IMG/VR virus record: IMGVR_UViG_3300008255_000067 | Location: 1 to 37,862 of that record | From: a virus | Lineage: Duplodnaviria; Caudoviricetes | Length of the DNA stretch: 37,862 nucleotides | Reading direction: 5' to 3' (one strand) | Shown: positions 17,808-24,945 of the stretch, in pieces | How positions within the stretch are numbered: position 1 is the stretch's first letter | Layout: the number at the start of each line of letters is the position of its first letter | Made by a program: the position numbers and the translations under genes | The notes under the pieces: generated by a model | What the model was told of the DNA's origin: nothing | Database searches by the model: none | What the model saw: only the letters and a program-made list of their open reading frames with translations

Positions 17808-18120
17808 TAGTTAGTATTAAATGCTTTAGTGCCTGACCTCGCTCACACTTGCAAAAACGGTACTCTAACCGGCTAGGCTTAACAGTGTATGGTTTATCGC
17901 CTTCAAAGTCTGGACTGGCTACATGAGCAGGTTCTAGCACACTTGCGTACCCTTTACCGTAACAGTGTTTGCACTCGCCTACGGCTTTAAATGCCTGATC
18001 ATCAGCATGATCTTGAATTGAATCTACAATAAAATTAGCTACAATCATCGGATTCATATCACCGTTTTTAAAGTCTACTAATTTATCAGCAATTGATTTT
18101 ATTCTTTCTTGATTAGTCAT
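17785..18120 (-). CDS. Hypothetical protein with a DnaJ-type CxxCxGxG zinc motif
   Basis: CKHCYGKGY...CKC. Confidence 0.65.
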   Translation of the reverse strand: MTNQERIKSIADKLVDFKNGDMNPMIVANFIVDSIQDHADDQAFKAVGECKHCYGKGYASVLEPAHVASPDFEGDKPYTVKPSRLEYRFCKCERGQALKHLILTNAHWVLD

Positions 18121-18316
18121 TGATCACGCCCTTTCGTATTAAATATTGATGATACGCTTCAGCTCTATGTGCATCTCTCATCTTAGATTCATCGTACCCA
18201 ACCCTAGCAGCAACACTAGGAATTAAGTAAACAAAATTTACACCAAATATAAAGCTGACTACTAAAGCTACCGCAACATCTGCAGCAAATTGTTTTAGTG
18301 TTACTTGTTCTTCCAT
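18113..18316 (-). CDS. Small membrane protein
   Basis: GAAAGG SD; single TM segment. Confidence 0.65.
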   Translation of the reverse strand: MEEQVTLKQFAADVAVALVVSFIFGVNFVYLIPSVAARVGYDESKMRDAHRAEAYHQYLIRKGVIND

Positions 18317-18330
18317 AAAACCTTTCTTTA

Positions 18331-18409
18331 AACTAACGCCGTTATTTTCGTTAGCTTATCGGTAAGTACGGACATAACCCCATACTCACCGGCAAGCCAA
18401 CGCTTGCCA
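18331..18409 (-). promoter_or_regulatory. Structured intergenic RNA with alternative hairpins after the SSB-like gene
   Basis: About 23-bp G-U-rich stem (CGTTGGCTT..CGGTGAGTATGG / CCGTACTTACCG..AAGCTAACG) overlapped by GGCAAGC/GCTTGCC and CTAACG/CGTTAG. Confidence 0.6.
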
Positions 18410-18414
18410 CCTTA

Positions 18415-19260
18415 TTAAAAAGGCACATCATCGGCAACCTTATCTGACTGACCATCGTTACTATAGTCTGCAGGTGGTTCTTGCATTTTTTCTTCTGGTT
18501 GTGACTCTGGCTCAGTGTGATCTTCAGCTACCGGCTCACCGGCAATTGCATTAAAAGTATCACTGACTGCCTTTTCTTTTAAAGGCTGACCAGTGTACCG
18601 ATCAACCTCGTTTTGCTCAATAAAGCCCTCAAACATATCTTTCATTGAATCTATGCCTAGCTTGAGCATACCAAGTAGTTCACGATCACCGATCAATTTA
18701 ATTTGACCAGCAACATCACGCATGACTTTGTACGTTACTACGTGCCACACCCTACTACCTTGCTTCACTTTCTCAAGCCCAAGCTCTACTTCAAAAGAAA
18801 ACATAGGTACTTGTCTGGTGAAAGGCTTAACCTCTTTACCAAAGTTCCACATATTCTGCAGACGTGTGCCACTAGCAAACATCACAAAGGGTTGTGAGTT
18901 TTCTAAGATCATCCCACCAACCAATTGAGTGAAGTCTGTTTTAATAGACCCATCTTCACGCTTAGGCAAGCTACCATCTTCATTTTTCTGGATTCCGTAA
19001 AATCCTCTTGAAATGACCATGATACTAGCCTTGATCGTTTCAAATTTCTCTTTAGTTGGTGAATAAAAGAATGTGCCAGCCGGTGCTTCTTGACCGTTAG
19101 CCATCTCATTATGTGAGTTTGACTCATTGATCTTGAGTTGAGGCATAGCCCCTGATAGATTCTCACTGCCGATACCGGCGTTTTCTTTATAAAACTCTAC
19201 CAAGTCTGCAGGTACACTTAAACCGCCAGACACCGTTACTAAGTCTTTTGATTTTGTCAT
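18415..19260 (-). CDS. Single-stranded DNA-binding/annealing-like protein
   Basis: Acidic tail ending DDVPF (SSB C-terminal signature); N-terminal GSENL..MPQLKI. Confidence 0.65.
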   Translation of the reverse strand: MTKSKDLVTVSGGLSVPADLVEFYKENAGIGSENLSGAMPQLKINESNSHNEMANGQEAPAGTFFYSPTKEKFETIKASIMVISRGFYGIQKNEDGSLPKREDGSIKTDFTQLVGGMILENSQPFVMFASGTRLQNMWNFGKEVKPFTRQVPMFSFEVELGLEKVKQGSRVWHVVTYKVMRDVAGQIKLIGDRELLGMLKLGIDSMKDMFEGFIEQNEVDRYTGQPLKEKAVSDTFNAIAGEPVAEDHTEPESQPEEKMQEPPADYSNDGQSDKVADDVPF

Positions 19261-19294
19261 ACGTTTTTTTGCCTTTCAAGCAACTATTTTTATA

Positions 19295-19474
19295 TTATTG
19301 TTGAGGTGGTAATACCTCTTTAAACTCTGCACCAAGCATCTGAAAGCCCTTTATTACTTCCTCGCTTAATGTTTTTTTACCAGTGATCAGCATAAATGCT
19401 TTTGCTACTTCTTTATCAGCTACGTAGCGATCATCTCTACCGTAGTTCCTGATTGTGTAAAATTCTATAGTCAT
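19295..19474 (-). CDS. Small early phage protein (59 aa; not in the ORF track)
   Basis: MTIEFYTIRNYGRDDRYVADKEVAKAFMLITGKKTLSEEVIKGFQMLGAEFKEVLPPQQ*; has its own promoter and AAGGAAAGGG SD. Confidence 0.8.
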   Translation of the reverse strand: MTIEFYTIRNYGRDDRYVADKEVAKAFMLITGKKTLSEEVIKGFQMLGAEFKEVLPPQQ

Positions 19475-19510
19475 AGATTTTTAACCCTTTCCTTATTAAT
19501 TAGTAGTTAT

Positions 19511-19539
19511 AGTTTATAAGGACAAGCAACTAAATGCAA
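19511..19539 (-). promoter_or_regulatory. Sigma70-type promoter
   Basis: TTGCAT - 17 nt - TAAACT. Confidence 0.6.
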
Positions 19540-19547
19540 GTACTAGT

Positions 19548-20204
19548 TTAATACCAATTATTTTTATCATGAAATAGCAGTGCTGCTTCTACAGTACCGT
19601 ATCTCTGCTTAATATAATTCTTACCCCATGAAATTTGACAATCAACATCTGATAGTTCACATTTCAACTTTGAAGCCGGATATGCCTGAAATAAACCTGC
19701 AGCACCACTAGATTTATTTACTGCCTTAGGATTCAAACTAGACTCTCTACAGATTAACTCAATAATTGCAGCCGGTTCATCAGGAAAAGCATCAACAAGA
19801 TTTTCAGCTACTTCAGGATAATTCTTAATACAACCTTCAGCCTTAGCACTTAAAATTATCTCTGGCTCTGGTGTAAGCATAGGCTCAACTGCCTCTACCT
19901 TTAAAGACAAAGCTTCAGGTAATGGTGTAATCAACTCACGATCATGTAATAATACCGGTGCTTGAAAAATAACCGGTGATCTAAACTCAAAGTAATGAGT
20001 ATTGAAGAAACTGTTGAGTGCCATTAAAAAGCCGATACTCAAGCCAGTGATCACAATCAAGGCTAAAAAGAATAATGAGAATTTTTTACCAATCTTCTTA
20101 GCATCAATGTTAATGCTGAATCTTGGTTTAGTTGTAGAAAAATTCAAAGAGGTATCACCACCAAGTGATTCATCCTTTGATTGCTTAAATAGTTTTTGTT
20201 TCAT
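19548..20204 (-). CDS. Membrane-anchored lytic transglycosylase (SLT/lysozyme-like fold)
   Basis: CRESSLNPKAVNKSSGAAGLFQ...YIKQRYG...NNWY; N-terminal TM helix; likely start MKQKL at 20204 with GGGGAG SD. Confidence 0.85.
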   Translation of the reverse strand: MKQKLFKQSKDESLGGDTSLNFSTTKPRFSINIDAKKIGKKFSLFFLALIVITGLSIGFLMALNSFFNTHYFEFRSPVIFQAPVLLHDRELITPLPEALSLKVEAVEPMLTPEPEIILSAKAEGCIKNYPEVAENLVDAFPDEPAAIIELICRESSLNPKAVNKSSGAAGLFQAYPASKLKCELSDVDCQISWGKNYIKQRYGTVEAALLFHDKNNWY

Positions 20205-20268
20205 AATCTCCCCGTTACTGGATTTTATTTTATACACTGTAAGGTTTAATTGTTCCTTACAACTATTA

Positions 20269-20297
20269 ACTATAAGCACTAATTAACAGAATGTCAA
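20269..20297 (-). promoter_or_regulatory. Near-consensus sigma70 promoter
   Basis: TTGACA - 17 nt - TATAGT; leader hairpin TGTAAGG/CCTTACA. Confidence 0.8.
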
Positions 20298-20306
20298 TAG
20301 ACCAAT

Positions 20307-20885
20307 TTACTCAAGGTGATAATCAATCAATGCCTTTGCTTGGTCAAAACCACACGCAACCTCAGCATAAATTTCACTAGCTGTTTTATCCCTCACACCC
20401 TGTAGTGCCTGTAACCATGACTTCTGAGCTTCGCTAACCACACCATTCTTGAGACGTTTCAACTCTAAAAACAATACTGCATCTGGATAAACAATCAGCA
20501 TATCCGGCACACCGGCACGAACACCCATAGCTTTATTCTTCTTCTTAGTTACCCATGACTTAGTAAAAGTTTCCTGAGGCACGTGTGAAAATGCCGTTAT
20601 TTTTTTCTGTAATAACAACACTTCTAAATACTCAGTTACCTGAATAGTAATATCATCTTCTTCATGGTTACGTGGTTTCTTAGGTTCGTTTTTAGTTTCA
20701 ACAAAACGCACACCTGATATTCTCTTTTTAGCTATATTAGTATTGCCCTTCAAGGCTTGCTTAAATTCTTCATCACTCATAGCACCATCAGCATTTATTG
20801 CCGGTTCAATAACTTGCCTTCTATATTCTGCTGCACTCATGTGTTCAGACATCCTAGCCCTTCTTGCCTTTAAATAACGGCTCAA
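20307..20885 (-). CDS. VRR-NUC (PD-(D/E)XK) nuclease / resolvase-like protein
   Basis: GVRAGVPDMLI...LFLELKR...SEAQKSW; the true start may be about 20852. Confidence 0.88.
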   Translation of the reverse strand: MSRYLKARRARMSEHMSAAEYRRQVIEPAINADGAMSDEEFKQALKGNTNIAKKRISGVRFVETKNEPKKPRNHEEDDITIQVTEYLEVLLLQKKITAFSHVPQETFTKSWVTKKKNKAMGVRAGVPDMLIVYPDAVLFLELKRLKNGVVSEAQKSWLQALQGVRDKTASEIYAEVACGFDQAKALIDYHLE

Positions 20886-21207
20886 ACTCTCTAAATAAAT
20901 ACTCCATGTAATACGCCAACACCTCGGCGTTACCGCCTAGTGGGATTCTTCTTAGCTCAAAACTATATTCAATAACGTGGATCAACTCATGTGCTAGCAG
21001 CGACAAGTCGTTTTTTCTAAACCACATCACAATTCTCTGACCACCTTCACTGCTTCTGTACTCAACTGTTTTAGCTTGACTGTTAAATCCCATATCTTCA
21101 AGAGATTCATCAAGTAGTTTTTCTATTTTCTTTTTAGCTCTAGCTTCATCCTGATCAACAAAAGCTGATACCCACGTTTTAAAAATAGGATCGTAAATCG
21201 TTTTCAT
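20854..21207 (-). CDS. Small zincin-like (HExxH) metallopeptidase-fold protein
   Basis: LAHELIHV...EVLAY; likely start MKTIY at 21207 (ATGA overlap). Confidence 0.7.
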   Translation of the reverse strand: MKTIYDPIFKTWVSAFVDQDEARAKKKIEKLLDESLEDMGFNSQAKTVEYRSSEGGQRIVMWFRKNDLSLLAHELIHVIEYSFELRRIPLGGNAEVLAYYMEYLFREFEPLFKGKKG

Positions 21208-21347
21208 CCCTTCTTTCCGCACTTCCTACACCGGCGAACCTCATCATAATAACCAGTGAAGTAGTACTCTGCACCACCACAATAACGGCACTCAAATTGA
21301 AATGCTTTAACTATTGCCTTGAAGATCTTGAAAAGCGTTTTTATCAT
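21204..21347 (-). CDS. Small zinc-ribbon protein (47 aa; not in the ORF track)
   Basis: MIKTLFKIFKAIVKAFQFECRYCGGAEYYFTGYYDEVRRCRKCGKKG*; ATGA overlap with the next gene. Confidence 0.7.
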   Translation of the reverse strand: MIKTLFKIFKAIVKAFQFECRYCGGAEYYFTGYYDEVRRCRKCGKKG

Positions 21348-21459
21348 AGCCGTTACTCTATTCATCCACTAAGTTTTACCCAATGTGAATAACTAAGTTT
21401 ACATTAATATTACAATCATTTTTATTTTGTTTACATTAGCAATTGGACAGATCATAGAC

Positions 21460-21793
21460 CTGATAAATAAGAGTGGGTATCTTATTTAAAATCGAGCCGT
21501 TGATCAGTTTTCTCTCTGCAACTCTAAGCTAACTATCTATCCCAAACTGGACTATAATTAGCCAGAAGGAAGGACGGCATAGTACGTAACCGCTACCCTT
21601 GCACATTTTCAAGCGTGTACTTTAACCTAGCAGTTGTCGAGTACATGAGCCTGCTTACTATGCCACTTCTTTTATTTAATGACGTTTGAGTTACCGTCTG
21701 GTAGTGGCTGCTGTAAGTTGCATGAAGTACCATCAGTTTATTAACTGAGTGGGAATGGCGTAGTTGCAGGCTGCACCACCCTCACTCAATTAA
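21460..21793 (-). ncRNA. Putative structured ncRNA downstream of the HNH gene (family unassigned)
   Basis: No ORF. Stems at 21741-21793, 21576-21584/21656-21664, 21616-21621/21640-21645 and 21464-21488. G-U pairs favour the minus strand. Possible pseudoknot 21766-21772/21648-21654. Confidence 0.55.
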
Positions 21794-21794
21794 C

Positions 21795-21840
21795 AAAAAA
21801 ATCACTCCGATTAGCTTTCGCTTTTCCGAGTGATTTTTTT
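21795..21840. terminator. 13-bp inverted repeat with T-tracts spanning the HNH stop codon (terminator-like on either strand)
   Basis: AAAAAAATCACTC-N20-GAGTGATTTTTTT. Confidence 0.55.
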
Positions 21841-22227
21841 TGAGTACGATCTTGCTTTATTTAATATTGCCCCATAGGCATTTGTTTTTGACATTTTTAT
21901 TGCCATTGATGGTACGACACCTAGTTTTACCAATCGTCTTATTTTAGAAAGTATTTTGTGACGTGGAAAATCATACCCATAAACAATATGCCACAATTTA
22001 TGACAAGAAGAACAGAAAACAAATAAATCTACTATTCTTTCTTCATTTAAAACACTTCCTTCTTCTCTATCGGTATGTTCTGCAGTTCTGCCATAAATTC
22101 CATACCTTCCATGATGAACGTGTAATTTTTCTTTTGAACCACATATTTGACAATGATCACAAGATAGTAGTCTATTTTCTCTAGTTTTTTTCCAATGATT
22201 GCTTTTTAAATAAGTAGCATATTCCAT
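21811..22227 (-). CDS. HNH endonuclease (YxxYLxSxxW...CxxC...HVHH...CxxCH)
   Basis: Likely start MEYATYLKSNHW at 22227. The ORF-track extension to 22344 runs through a structured RNA and is probably spurious. Confidence 0.85.
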   Translation of the reverse strand: MEYATYLKSNHWKKTRENRLLSCDHCQICGSKEKLHVHHGRYGIYGRTAEHTDREEGSVLNEERIVDLFVFCSSCHKLWHIVYGYDFPRHKILSKIRRLVKLGVVPSMAIKMSKTNAYGAILNKARSYSKKITRKSES

Positions 22228-22435
22228 AAAAAAACACCCTCTTTGGTTGGTTGGCAAGGTTGCGGTGTGAGAAGTACACGACAACTTTGGCAAGTATGAC
22301 CTTACCAAGCCACCAAAAAAGGTGTTACTGTCGTATTCTATCACTTCGCTTTATAGACCCCACTTGCCAGAGGGTATCGGTTTCCCGATTACTATTATTT
22401 AGAGTCGTAGTCTACGCCTTTCGGACGACTGAGAT
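22228..22435 (-). ncRNA. Putative structured leader RNA (GNRA hairpins, pseudoknot, terminator-like final stem)
   Basis: CC-GAAA-GG, ATCGG-GAAA-CCGAT, loop TGGCAAGT complementary to ACTTGCCA, about 28-bp stem 22233-22260/22299-22326 ending in U7 immediately before the ATG. Confidence 0.65.
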
Positions 22436-22436
22436 A

Positions 22437-22467
22437 ACAATACCATACTCTATACTGAACCTGTCAA
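22437..22467 (-). promoter_or_regulatory. Probable promoter for the structured RNA/HNH
   Basis: TTGACA at 22462-22467 and TGgTATTGT extended -10; the 19-nt spacer is non-optimal. Confidence 0.45.
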
Positions 22468-22475
22468 ATACCAAT

Positions 22476-22781
22476 TTACACTGCAGCCATCATTGCTTTT
22501 AACTTTGTTACATTTTCTTTATGCTTTTTTCTATCCTCTACATCTTCAATTGTGTGACATTTTTCGCATAACACTCGAGCATTAGCAAGTGAAGAAATAA
22601 GAACCGGCGCAAGTTCTGGATAATAGTGAATAGCAAGTGAGATTCCAACCACATGATGAATTTCTAAGTACCCTTCAAAAGTTTCCTCTTTATAAATACC
22701 ACATCGCTCACAACACCAACCAGCACGATTAAGAGCTTCTAGTTTCGTTTCTTTACTAAATTCATACTCTACTGGTCGCAT
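22476..22781 (-). CDS. HNH endonuclease (second copy, different subfamily)
   Basis: FSKETKLEAL.RAGWCCERCG...LEIHH...NARVLCEKCH. Confidence 0.85.
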   Translation of the reverse strand: MRPVEYEFSKETKLEALNRAGWCCERCGIYKEETFEGYLEIHHVVGISLAIHYYPELAPVLISSLANARVLCEKCHTIEDVEDRKKHKENVTKLKAMMAAV

Positions 22782-22829
22782 ATAACCAGTATGACATTAA
22801 AATAATTAAGTGAAAAGTTATACCAATTT

Positions 22830-22880
22830 AAAGCCCCTCTAGTAACGGTGCTAATTGGAAAACCAACCAGCATAGAGGGG
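22830..22880 (-). terminator. Intrinsic terminator-like hairpin ending the late/lysis transcript
   Basis: CCCCTCTA...TAGAGGGG stem with inner TGCT/AGCA and TTGG/CCAA, then CTTT. Confidence 0.55.
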
Positions 22881-22920
22881 CAGGTATCATACTAAATAAA
22901 ATACTGCTAAATGTAAATTA

Positions 22921-23046
22921 CTAGATAACTCCAAGTGCTGCTAAGGCAAGAATCACAATCAAAGCAAAAAGCTCAGTAATAGAGCCTTTTGATCTGTAAA
23001 GATGAATCGCACCCAAGATCACCAGGGCAATAAGATAAATATTCAT
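22921..23046 (-). CDS. Small two-helix hydrophobic peptide (41 aa; not in the ORF track)
   Basis: MNIYLIALVILGAIHLYRSKGSITELFALIVILALAALGVI*; preceded by TGcTATATT-N6-ATG. Confidence 0.65.
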   Translation of the reverse strand: MNIYLIALVILGAIHLYRSKGSITELFALIVILALAALGVI

Positions 23047-23061
23047 ATCTTTAATATAGCA

Positions 23062-23565
23062 TCATTGATCACTAATGTGTAATTCATCAGCAATCATCAT
23101 GTACGCATACAAGAAAGTAGGATCACCACCTAAGTGAGTATATTGATCTTTAGATAGTTTCTTTGATCCCTCATAGCCGTACCCATTCCGGCTAAACATC
23201 AGAGGATACTTTACGTCATTCCTACATACTTTATAAAAAACGGCTTGAATAAAATCTATGCCTACTTGTTGACACTCATGGTGTGTAGTGAGTATGTCAT
23301 ATTGAATTTTGCGTGGCACTCTACCACCACTTACTTCAAATAATTTAATGTAGAGATACCCCTTATCACCAGCTTCACTTGCAAACTTCTCAGGATCAGC
23401 ACCTAATATGCAAAGCTCTTTAGCTTCTTCGTACTCAGCGTGTTCTTCCCAATATAAAGCTTCAAGGTTTTCTTGGCTATCGTGTTCATCCCAATTAGTT
23501 CTAAACCTATTTTGATCTAGTACGTTTTTTCTTATACCACTAGAAAATATTTCAATAGGGTTCAT
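23062..23565 (-). CDS. MazG-like (all-alpha) nucleotide pyrophosphohydrolase-fold protein
   Basis: EEHAEYEEA...SEAGD...KVCRNDVKYP matches the ExxE...ExxD...KxxxNxxKYP pattern. Confidence 0.65.
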   Translation of the reverse strand: MNPIEIFSSGIRKNVLDQNRFRTNWDEHDSQENLEALYWEEHAEYEEAKELCILGADPEKFASEAGDKGYLYIKLFEVSGGRVPRKIQYDILTTHHECQQVGIDFIQAVFYKVCRNDVKYPLMFSRNGYGYEGSKKLSKDQYTHLGGDPTFLYAYMMIADELHISDQ

Positions 23566-23570
23566 GGCAA

Positions 23571-23921
23571 TTAAAGTACACTTAAATTCTTCAATCCTAA
23601 CGCCTGTAGTGGTGATTTATCGCCTTTGATTACATCATCAGGTAAAGCCTTACCAACCGCTTTATTATCCCAGATTGCTTCAAATGAAAGCTTTACAAGC
23701 CCAATCATTACTAGGATGCTCTCAGCAACACTATCAGCAATTTGAACCGGCAACATACTACCGTACTCAGCACCATTCACCAATGCGTTAAATCCTACCC
23801 CAACCAAAGCACACGCAAGAAATGATACCCAAAACCGAGTATCAGAATTATTAACTTTTCGATTGATCATACCGATTAAAGCCGGTAAGAAAAACGCAAT
23901 AAGTGCCATTGTACCAATCAT
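23571..23921 (-). CDS. Holin-like membrane protein (about 3 TM)
   Basis: Hydrophobic; directly downstream of the endolysin. Confidence 0.6.
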   Translation of the reverse strand: MIGTMALIAFFLPALIGMINRKVNNSDTRFWVSFLACALVGVGFNALVNGAEYGSMLPVQIADSVAESILVMIGLVKLSFEAIWDNKAVGKALPDDVIKGDKSPLQALGLKNLSVL

Positions 23922-23947
23922 ACGTACCCCCTTATTCCTTATAATAC

Positions 23948-24940
23948 CTAACTCTTTTTGATAGTATAACTATCAACTTTGTACCCTTGTGTAGCTAGCA
24001 AACCCTCTAGGGTAGTGCCATTTTGACCTGATCCAGTATTTGACTGATTAATCAGTGTTTTTATAACTACCAAAGCCTCGTCAAAAGTAGAAACTTGCAA
24101 ACCAGTAATCGTTTTTAAATCAGTAAGCATCTGTTCTCTGAGTAATGCAGTTGCTTTCAGCACTTCAGTTTCAGTTTTCTTGCGTTCTTCTTCTCGAACC
24201 GCATTAACTGCAGCATCTTTATCATCGCCTCGGTTCTTCAATTCATTAATTTTACCAATCACCTGACCACTAGCTACATTTCGAGCTAACTTAAAGTAAT
24301 CAGTAACGCTATCGTAACTCTCTGAGTTGTTGCGTACCTTATCCCAAACTTCGATTTCTACTGCAATTGTTGGCATAGGATCTTCCTTTACTATTATTGT
24401 TGGTACTTCACCTTTTTCTTTAAGCCATTTCCTCAACTCATCAAAGAACAGTTGAGGCTCTACTGCACCAAAATAGCCGTTACTATTTCCAAGTGTTTGA
24501 TGCACACCATCTACTATCTTGATCCTTTTTACGGTTAAATGCAAATGATCACCGGTGCTATTACCGGTTGATCCACTAATAGCTAGTGTTTGACCCTGAT
24601 TCTTATTTGACCATTTATAAATCTCACTACAGTGAGCAAACGTAAGCTTCCAAGTACTGTAAAGCTGCGTAACACCTTCAAAGAAGTTACCATAGCCACC
24701 AGGATCTACGGCTGTACGGTAGTGCTGAATGTAACAAGAAGCCAGAATAGGACGCTTACCAGTAGGAGTAGCTTGAATAATAATCTTGCGTGCTTCATCT
24801 TTATATTCCTCAGTCCACTTAGTTCTTAAATCCCATCCATTGTGACCAGCTAAACCAAACTTCGCATAGGTTGCAGGATTCGCACCAAAACCTTGAGTTA
24901 AAAAAAACGGTTCAATTGGTCTAACTATATCTGAAGGCAT
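23948..24940 (-). CDS. Endolysin, M23 family Zn peptidase, with a C-terminal coiled coil
   Basis: HNGWD, GYGN, AHC and GSTGNSTGDHLH motifs. Confidence 0.88.
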   Translation of the reverse strand: MPSDIVRPIEPFFLTQGFGANPATYAKFGLAGHNGWDLRTKWTEEYKDEARKIIIQATPTGKRPILASCYIQHYRTAVDPGGYGNFFEGVTQLYSTWKLTFAHCSEIYKWSNKNQGQTLAISGSTGNSTGDHLHLTVKRIKIVDGVHQTLGNSNGYFGAVEPQLFFDELRKWLKEKGEVPTIIVKEDPMPTIAVEIEVWDKVRNNSESYDSVTDYFKLARNVASGQVIGKINELKNRGDDKDAAVNAVREEERKKTETEVLKATALLREQMLTDLKTITGLQVSTFDEALVVIKTLINQSNTGSGQNGTTLEGLLATQGYKVDSYTIKKS

Positions 24941-24945
24941 AGGCG

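Noticed and set aside
21500-21740. Hammerhead ribozyme or tRNA in the non-coding region
   Set aside because: CTGATGG and CTGATCA are present, but not CUGAUGA with a correctly placed GAAA. No T-loop GTTCRA or cloverleaf was found.
22228-22344. N-terminal extension of the HNH ORF to 22344
   Set aside because: It runs through the long RNA stem. The family-like sequence starts at MEYATYL (22227).
21545-22415. Group I intron (AGACTA near 22410 and TATAGTCC near 21550 as P7 strands, HNH in a loop)
   Set aside because: No interrupted gene is evident, I could not build a P3/P4/P6 core, and terminator-like elements lie between the two segments. Not supported, although a cmscan would be needed to exclude it.
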